Source: a virus. Taken from it: 64,000 nucleotides of DNA. The stretch's first letter is position 1, and each line of letters begins with the position of its first letter. Below the pieces are notes generated by a model, which did not search any database, was not told the DNA's origin, and worked only from the letters and a program-made list of their open reading frames with translations. The stretch spans positions 9,935 to 73,934 of IMG/VR virus record IMGVR_UViG_3300009085_000027; one strand, given 5' to 3'. Positions 57,477-64,000 of the stretch are shown piece after piece. The position numbers and the translations under genes are program-made.

Positions 57477-60400
57477 TCAGAGCTTGTGGTTCTCCCAGAA
57501 CCCGATCAGCGCATCACGAAACTCTGTCGCGAAGTGGGTGCGGTGCGTGGCGAGCCCCCGAAGCTGAAGCCCCGCCGATCCGACCTGATACGTATGGGTT
57601 CCAGAGAATGCAACCGCGTCGTTCTGGAGCACGACTCGGGTCAGCTCAACCGCATCCACGACAATCGACTTGATGACGGTGGCGTCGACTGCGGTGTAAT
57701 CCAGCTCAATCAGGTATGAGTGCATGGTGTCGGCGGCTACCCCGTTGACCCTAACCTCAACGGTGTTTCCACCCGTCGATGCGATCACACGCACGCCTGT
57801 GTCGTCGATGTAGAGGGTTAGTGGCTCGACACCTGTCCTGCTGAGGACCACCACCTCACCGGAGGCTGGCGATTTGGCGACAAATGAAACCGTGTACTCC
57901 GCGATACCGCCTGTCTTGGCGCCGCCGCCAGAGAAATCGTTAGTCGTGGTCTGGGCTGCGGGCTCAAGAAAAACAACGATCTTGTCCTGCGTGTTCCGGT
58001 TGGCGAAGATCCCGGCAAACGTGAATGTCGTGGGGACAAGATGGTTGGCCCTCAGGGAGTTGTTGGCGGCATCTGCGGGACGATACTTCACCCTGTTGCG
58101 CCACCTATAAACTTCGGGGGGACCGCCATCAATCTCCGCTGAGACGTTGTCGAGTAGGTAGCAGTCTTCGGCGAGGTTGAAGTTCTCTGGATACGTCGTG
58201 GTATCCACAACCTTCTGGGTTTCCAAGAAGTCGTAAAGGGCAAGCCGCAGGCTCTCGGGGTAGATCGTGTTATGGACTGAGAAACATCGATACTGGACGG
58301 CTAGCTCTGGGTTGCTGTTCGCGGTCTCGGGGAGCTTGGGCGGGGTGCCTGTGGCGGAAAACACCACTCCTGGGATGAGAATCCCGTCGATGTAAACCGC
58401 CCTGATGATGTCGACACCAGACGCATTGAAATCCAGTTCTAGGATGTAGGACTTGACGATAGTGTTGTCCGCCAACCCATCGTCATATTTCATAGAAAGT
58501 GACCCTGTTGCATCTCCTATGTTGATGCGGAGGACTTCGTTATGGAAGACCACGGCAAACACATACGGGTACGCCAACCCGTTGCTTAGCACGGGCGTGG
58601 TGTCCAACGGGGCGTTCGCCTTTCCGACAAACGCGATCGTGAGCCTCGGAGCTAGCCTAAAAAACACGTACAGCGGGTGGAGGAAAGATCTTTTGATAAA
58701 GGGCGTCGCGGTGTTGAAGGTGACTTCGGCTGCACCGCTACTGCCATACGATGTGTTCAGGCTGTCAACGCCGTCGTAGTTAGTGCCGAACCAGTAGCGT
58801 ATCCGTGCGTTGACCCCAGAGATTAGGAATGACCGCTGGTCGTACTTCACAGCGATCTGGACCCTGGGCCAGTGCGACAGCTTACGCGCACCGATGGTGG
58901 CGAAATCGTCGGTGTCGGCAAACTGCCGCACCTGTTCGTCCGCGATCATACTGGTGTCGACGAGACCGACCCAGTACCCGATAGCCGCCACCTCAGCCTG
59001 GATCCTATCGCTGGGGTTGCTGGTGGAACCGAATATCGTGAGAGGTAAGAGTGTGGGTCCAGCTTCTGGGGCCGTGGTGAAGCTGCCGCTCGCCACCACC
59101 GTTTGGGACCCATCAACATCGATCGTCTCGATCAGATACTCGGGTGAACCCCCGTAGTCTATCTTGACCACCACACCGCCAACGCCCTCGAAGTCGAACG
59201 AGGCGGCCATGGCCAGACCTCCGGCGTTACCAATGGCGAAATAGAGCTGACCCGCGTAGTAGCCGAAGAAGAATCCCCTGCTACCGCCTCCAGGCGCGCT
59301 TGTCGTGGACAGAATCGCGCTCGTGGATGTCATCCCCCTCACGGGTGGGAAGTAGCCGGCAACGTAAAGCGTGGCGGGTCCGCCGTTGTGCAACACCTCG
59401 TCTTCGTCTGGGGAAGGTGGTTCAATGGGCGAGGACCCAAACCACGTAGGCCCCATGAGATACGCCCCTGGGGAGCAGAAGGTAGACCTCCCGTAGGGGT
59501 TGTTGTGGTCGCTAAACGTCATTGCCCCTAGCGGATACCAATACTGCCGAAGTTCCAGTGGCGTCAGGCCGGGGACACTAAGATCCCCACGTGTACCGAT
59601 CGACCAGAAGTGCTGTAGACCCACCAGTGGGTAGGTCTGTGACAGGACACCTCCGGTCGTGCGGTCGCTTTCAAGAAAGTCGACCACTCTAGTGATCTGA
59701 TCACCGCCAAGTAGATCGTAGATCGAGAACAGCTTGTTGAAGATGATGCAGCCGGCTGCATTTGCCGGAGCATCGATGAGTGGAGCAGCATACGCGACGG
59801 TCCGGGCACCAAAGCCAACGCCGTCGAGCGTCTTGTCTGAAACACCGTCGATGATCAATGTTGGGATATGGGTGTCGGCGTCAGTGCCGTTGAAGTCGAC
59901 CTGGACCAAGAAGCTGTGCGGAACACCCGTGGTGAGAGGCTCGGACTGCGCCGCGTTGTGTTCTGTTTCGACGCGAATGCGCCAGTCTGCTGTAAGCCGA
60001 ACGGTAACGGCGCCGACCGTGTAGATCCCCTGCACCGCATCCAGCGGCAGGATGATGCCTCCGACCGCTAGTGCTGTGACCTGCGCACTCGGGATGTCCC
60101 CGTCAGCTCGATTCGCCGGCTGATCTCCTCCCGAATACATGAAGTCCTTACCGTCTACCTGAAACCTCTTGTTCGCGGAGAAACCATATAACTGGCTAGA
60201 CGGCTGACTGACAACGGCGTAGTTCACGTGCGTGAGGGCTGGCGGCGGCGACTCCAAGTAGTCAGCAACTTGGCTGAATACGAGTGGGGGCTGAATAGCG
60301 GTGCCGCGGAGCTGTTGTTCCCAGTAGAGGCCAATAGCGACCATCTCTTCGTCCGTGAGCAGACCCTCATGAATGCTGATCCCACGAAGGTGGCCCCTCA

Positions 60401-61088
60401 GCAGGTAAGCCACGTCGATGTTGGTTCCGTGCCCGAGTGTCACGGTGTGGGCCGCGGTGAAGGGACCGGGAACAGGGGTCGTGTTTATCGAACCAGAGGA
60501 TACTAGCCCACCGTACCCGTACACCGGTTCGAGTATGGGTGTGTTGTCCGCGAAGCTGACGCGCATCCCAACAACACGCATCACCGGGTTGATTTCAGGG
60601 AAGCTAATGATCCCGTAGTTCCCGAACCCGAAGGGGTTGAACTCGCCCGACGCACTGACGACGGTAGAGCCGCTATTTGCTTGTTCGTAAAACGAGGTGT
60701 TTGGTCCGTAAAAACCTGGACCATAGGTTACGGGGTCCCTGTCCGCGACGGACGCCATGACCGCCCCGAACGAACCCATGGCGGCTGCGAAGATCGTGAG
60801 GTCCGTTCCAGTGAATCCCAGGGATGAGATCATCGCATCAGCGGCGTTCTCGAAATGAAGCCCCTGGCGCCCTTTGAAAGTCTGGGAGGAGGCTAGCCCC
60901 ACGGCATCACCCTCACTCCCAAGATTGGCGATCGTGGTGACGTGTCCGCCCCCGTCCCGATCTAAGTTGACCTCGTCGGCGACGTACCAGTGCCGGCATA
61001 TTCCGACCTCGCCTGGAGAAACGAGCCCTGCCTCATCGAAGGGCCCTCTCCAGGCGGGAAACACGGGTGGGGACGTCGGGGCCGCCAT
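57477..61088 (-). CDS. large multi-module (LamG/ConA-like) putative receptor-binding protein, paralog 2
   Basis: Colinear with 53881..57459; identical C-terminus GFWENHKL. Confidence 0.75.
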   Translation of the reverse strand: MAAPTSPPVFPAWRGPFDEAGLVSPGEVGICRHWYVADEVNLDRDGGGHVTTIANLGSEGDAVGLASSQTFKGRQGLHFENAADAMISSLGFTGTDLTIFAAAMGSFGAVMASVADRDPVTYGPGFYGPNTSFYEQANSGSTVVSASGEFNPFGFGNYGIISFPEINPVMRVVGMRVSFADNTPILEPVYGYGGLVSSGSINTTPVPGPFTAAHTVTLGHGTNIDVAYLLRGHLRGISIHEGLLTDEEMVAIGLYWEQQLRGTAIQPPLVFSQVADYLESPPPALTHVNYAVVSQPSSQLYGFSANKRFQVDGKDFMYSGGDQPANRADGDIPSAQVTALAVGGIILPLDAVQGIYTVGAVTVRLTADWRIRVETEHNAAQSEPLTTGVPHSFLVQVDFNGTDADTHIPTLIIDGVSDKTLDGVGFGARTVAYAAPLIDAPANAAGCIIFNKLFSIYDLLGGDQITRVVDFLESDRTTGGVLSQTYPLVGLQHFWSIGTRGDLSVPGLTPLELRQYWYPLGAMTFSDHNNPYGRSTFCSPGAYLMGPTWFGSSPIEPPSPDEDEVLHNGGPATLYVAGYFPPVRGMTSTSAILSTTSAPGGGSRGFFFGYYAGQLYFAIGNAGGLAMAASFDFEGVGGVVVKIDYGGSPEYLIETIDVDGSQTVVASGSFTTAPEAGPTLLPLTIFGSTSNPSDRIQAEVAAIGYWVGLVDTSMIADEQVRQFADTDDFATIGARKLSHWPRVQIAVKYDQRSFLISGVNARIRYWFGTNYDGVDSLNTSYGSSGAAEVTFNTATPFIKRSFLHPLYVFFRLAPRLTIAFVGKANAPLDTTPVLSNGLAYPYVFAVVFHNEVLRINIGDATGSLSMKYDDGLADNTIVKSYILELDFNASGVDIIRAVYIDGILIPGVVFSATGTPPKLPETANSNPELAVQYRCFSVHNTIYPESLRLALYDFLETQKVVDTTTYPENFNLAEDCYLLDNVSAEIDGGPPEVYRWRNRVKYRPADAANNSLRANHLVPTTFTFAGIFANRNTQDKIVVFLEPAAQTTTNDFSGGGAKTGGIAEYTVSFVAKSPASGEVVVLSRTGVEPLTLYIDDTGVRVIASTGGNTVEVRVNGVAADTMHSYLIELDYTAVDATVIKSIVVDAVELTRVVLQNDAVAFSGTHTYQVGSAGLQLRGLATHRTHFATEFRDALIGFWENHKL
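59821..59980. repeat. near-identical direct repeat copy 2
   Basis: See copy 1. Confidence 0.85.
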
Positions 61089-61093
61089 CTACT

Positions 61094-61468
61094 TCACCCT
61101 TTCGGTGCGTCCAACTCCGCCAGCTTGGCTTCGATCGCTTCGGCGGCTGCCCAACGTTCGAGCGCCGCGTCCTTGAGCCTGTTGGCTTGTGCTTGTGCCT
61201 GCTCTTTGCGCCGCCGAATGACCCCCTCCGGCAGGACTGCGACGTCCGCAACCCTCGGCACCTGAACCCGGTTCACGTGCCGATTCACTGCACGCGCCAC
61301 GGCCTGTGCCTCGTGCGCGACTTGACGCTCTTGCTTGGCCACCAGTGCGGCAGACATGCGCCGACGCATTTCGCTGCGCTGATCCGGAACTCGCTCACGC
61401 CTTGGTGGGCGACCCTGACCCTCACCGCCTACTGGGCCACCTCCTCCGCCTCCACCTTGACCCGGCAT
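61094..61468 (-). CDS. hypothetical Arg/Ala-rich helical protein with poly-Gly N-terminus
   Basis: Fills the gap between the sulfotransferase and the fibre paralog. Confidence 0.65.
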   Translation of the reverse strand: MPGQGGGGGGGPVGGEGQGRPPRRERVPDQRSEMRRRMSAALVAKQERQVAHEAQAVARAVNRHVNRVQVPRVADVAVLPEGVIRRRKEQAQAQANRLKDAALERWAAAEAIEAKLAELDAPKG

Positions 61469-61469
61469 G

Positions 61470-62366
61470 TTAGCCCACCTTTCTTACGTTGCTCTTGAAC
61501 ACCTGATCGTAGCCCCAGCGATTGAACAACGCCGGATACCGCTTGGCAATCTCAAGACCAGCCAGTGGCGGACACGCACCCATACGGACCCAGTCGGTAG
61601 GCGACGCCTTCACGGGCCGCACCGTTCCCAGTGGCGTGTGGTTCCACTTGTGGTTCGTGCTCGCATCGATGTCGGTGCTGGTGACGGCCTCGACACGCTC
61701 CAAATCCCAGCCGTCGAAGTCGTCCAACTCCAAGTCCAGGGCGAGCTTGCGCAAGACCTTGAGAGGCGACTCCATGAAGTCCTCATACGACACGAACATG
61801 ACGTTGGGGTAACGCCTGGGCCCATGCTCCAGAATGGACTCAATCCGCTTACAGGCGTAGCCCAGAGGCCCCTCCTGTGGTCCGTCATCCCGGAAGTAGA
61901 ACCGGAGCTTCTCCTTGGCCGTCTCCTCCGACAGAGCTGCACCATCGGTGAGGAACGCATTGACGCCGAGGTCTTGCCGCACGCACGACGCCCAGCAGTT
62001 GAGTGGGTTCCGCACCATGACGAGGATGCGGGACGCTGGCCAGATAGGGCGAATGGCGTCCGCATGGTTGAGCCACGCCCGGCCCTTGTCGACAACAACA
62101 GTGTCGTCTGGCAGGTCGAGCGGACTGAAGTGACCCCCGAACCACATCCGCATCGACTCCCAGATTCGCTCGCCGTACTGCTCTTGATTCCGGTGGCGAT
62201 GGGAGATGACCTCGGGGTTGTTGGAGTAGTACGAGCGCATGACCCCGAACCCTCGGGCCATCGGTGACGTACCCTCGGAGAACACCTGCGGGTGCTGGCA
62301 GAGCGCGTCCAACAGAATCGTGGAGCCGCAGTTGGGGATCGGGGCGAACAGGATCGGGTCTCTCAT
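61470..62366 (-). CDS. sulfotransferase family protein
   Basis: 5'-PSB-like PIPNCGSTIL, VDK, 3'-PB MVRNP..CWAS, VSYEDFMESP. Confidence 0.85.
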   Translation of the reverse strand: MRDPILFAPIPNCGSTILLDALCQHPQVFSEGTSPMARGFGVMRSYYSNNPEVISHRHRNQEQYGERIWESMRMWFGGHFSPLDLPDDTVVVDKGRAWLNHADAIRPIWPASRILVMVRNPLNCWASCVRQDLGVNAFLTDGAALSEETAKEKLRFYFRDDGPQEGPLGYACKRIESILEHGPRRYPNVMFVSYEDFMESPLKVLRKLALDLELDDFDGWDLERVEAVTSTDIDASTNHKWNHTPLGTVRPVKASPTDWVRMGACPPLAGLEIAKRYPALFNRWGYDQVFKSNVRKVG

Positions 62367-62407
62367 GACGTGTCTCTAGTCAATCTCTGTTGAGGTGTCG
62401 ACGCAGC

Positions 62408-64000
62408 CTATGCCACGTCGCCTGTTACGCGGCACTCGGTGTCCGAGATGAACGTGAGGAACAACTCGTCACCGTCGGCGCCCAAGGACAGAACCGTGTC
62501 TTGGGCGAGATTGTTGACCGTACCCTTTGGGCACGTGAGCGTGACGGTGGTGCCGCTGTCCTGCTGGATCGTGATGGCATTCGCACCATCGGCAATCAGA
62601 TGGATCCGCATCCCCTGGATCGCCATTGCGGGTGTGATCGTGAGGGTGTAGGCGCCCGTCACGTTCAGCGTCTTGTTTCGGTCCGCGAGCGTCAGATCCC
62701 TAGATGCCGCGACCACGAGTACGTCGTGCTCCTCCGCCACGACCAACTCGTTTGTGCTTTTCTGAATCTTGAGGCGGTCGGCGTCCCACCAGAAGTCGCC
62801 GAACCTTGCGACACCGGCCGCTCCGGTTCGGTCGAAGTTGGTGAAGAAAAGCTGGGTTCCCGGCGCACCATCGGTCACGTCCCACATGTTGACGCCGTAA
62901 CTGTAGTAGAGCAGCGAAGCCGTCATCTGTTTGCCTTCAGACGTCTCCGGGATGATCACCTGTATGGTGACCGACACGCCTTGGCCAGCACGCGATGTAA
63001 CCACCGCTTCGATATCGCTACCCAGGCCGGCAGCAGCGATGGCGACGTTGAAGTCGGCGGCGGCTGTTACCGAGTCGTCATAAAAAGATGTCAGGTTGAC
63101 TACCGTTCCGTCGTACACCAGCGTGACGTAAAGCTCCCAGTCGTAGGGGTAGAGCGTAGAAAACTCTACGGTTGGAGAAGAGAACCCCAGCCCACCCCCG
63201 CGAAAGCGAAAGTCCTCCAGGACGGCGAGCGACCGATTTACGGTGTTTGTACCTGGCCCGAACTGGAAGGCGTTGGTGCCGAAAGCTTGAATGGCTGCGG
63301 AGTCGGCCGCACCGAGCGCGGCGGTGCCGTAGCCGAAAGCTTCGATGGCTGCTCCCAGCGCGGCGCCGAAAGCTAGGTTGCCGTCACCACCGCCAGCTTC
63401 GATGTTGAAGCCGCTTGCAGATCCCAGAGCAATGTTTCCGTCCTCGTACTGACCGAAACCCGCACGGATGGCCGCGTCGAAGGCGTGCCCTCCAACCAAG
63501 CCCCCTATGCCCGCTGCGTACATCTCGGCGTCAGCGGTAGTGGACCGGACTCGCCCGAAGGCGAGGTTGCCCATGCCTGTCCCCCAGTACCCGTCGAGGA
63601 AGATGCGTGCCGCCCAGGGTCCCTCATAGCTGGTGACATAACCCCCAGCGATGTAGTTACCGGGCCCACGTGCTTCGGCAGTGGCGTAGGCATCAACACC
63701 GCTGGCATAGACGTAGGTGCCCGCGATGGTGGCGAGTAGATCGGAAAGCACCAAAGCGGTGCCATCTGCGCCTGCTGCCGCAGCACCGCCAAAAATCTTT
63801 TCTTGCCACCCACCGCCGAGCAAGACCTCGGCCGTAGCAGCCAGGCCGTAGGACATGGCCGAGCCGATCAGCATACCGCCGCCCGTCTGTCCCGTGCTGA
63901 TCAGCGCGTCACCACCGCCGTTCTCGGAATAGAACACTAGCAGCGGTGCAACGTCGTAGCGTTCGTACGTGACGGTGCCGTCCGCAGCGAAGAAGTCGAC
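62408..64000 (-). CDS. tail fibre/adhesin-like protein, 5' end outside the window
   Basis: Frame is open from 64000 through 63937; YadA-head-like Gly/Ala repeats (GNIALG, GNLAFG, TAALG, NAFQFG). Confidence 0.75.
   Translation of the reverse strand, partial: VDFFAADGTVTYERYDVAPLLVFYSENGGGDALISTGQTGGGMLIGSAMSYGLAATAEVLLGGGWQEKIFGGAAAAGADGTALVLSDLLATIAGTYVYASGVDAYATAEARGPGNYIAGGYVTSYEGPWAARIFLDGYWGTGMGNLAFGRVRSTTADAEMYAAGIGGLVGGHAFDAAIRAGFGQYEDGNIALGSASGFNIEAGGGDGNLAFGAALGAAIEAFGYGTAALGAADSAAIQAFGTNAFQFGPGTNTVNRSLAVLEDFRFRGGGLGFSSPTVEFSTLYPYDWELYVTLVYDGTVVNLTSFYDDSVTAAADFNVAIAAAGLGSDIEAVVTSRAGQGVSVTIQVIIPETSEGKQMTASLLYYSYGVNMWDVTDGAPGTQLFFTNFDRTGAAGVARFGDFWWDADRLKIQKSTNELVVAEEHDVLVVAASRDLTLADRNKTLNVTGAYTLTITPAMAIQGMRIHLIADGANAITIQQDSGTTVTLTCPKGTVNNLAQDTVLSLGADGDELFLTFISDTECRVTGDVA

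Noticed and set aside
53881-61088. Diversity-generating retroelement (TR/VR pair) between the paralogs
   Set aside because: Differences involve all bases, synonymous sites and indels rather than adenines only; both copies are coding; no reverse transcriptase in the window
61467-63376. Long plus-strand ORFs 61467..62267 and 62390..63376
   Set aside because: Antisense shadows of the motif-bearing sulfotransferase and fibre genes in GC-rich DNA
1-64000. Alternative genetic code, tRNA genes, introns or inteins
   Set aside because: Genes are full length in the standard code using all three stops; no cloverleaf, intein ends or split conserved genes noticed by eye (tRNAscan and Infernal not run)

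Overview
This window is a 64 kb, GC-rich, gene-dense segment of a large (probably jumbo) tailed myovirus-like phage genome. I found no tRNA, rRNA, CRISPR array, integrase or transposase. From left to right it contains: (1) a minus-strand gene absent from the ORF track (3207 to <1) encoding a cellular-type RNA polymerase in which beta runs without a stop into beta-prime; (2) a plus-strand operon of small peptides, a MoxR AAA+ ATPase and a vWA/metallopeptidase; (3) a minus-strand head module with a portal and K-x-A-motif-rich proteins; (4) a long plus-strand replication/recombination operon (SF2 helicase, UDG-like, DUF932-like, DnaB, DnaG, putative SSB, PolA, RecA, two PD-(D/E)XK nucleases, RusA-like) ending in a candidate -1 programmed frameshift gene; (5) a stand-alone receiver domain; and (6) a long minus-strand late region with holin/spanin-like genes, baseplate and tail proteins, an SNF2 helicase, an amidase, a patatin, two tandem ~1200-aa paralogous fibre-like proteins, a sulfotransferase and a truncated adhesin-like fibre. 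The most notable signals are the beta-beta-prime fusion, two recurring upstream motif classes (leaderless TAnnnT starts and CTATCAG-N5-6-GGAGG), a G_GGA_AAC plus hairpin frameshift cassette outside the tail-chaperone context, a putative K-x-A maturation/packaging signal, and non-canonical catalytic motifs in several replication enzymes. All calls come from reading motifs by eye; no searches were run.
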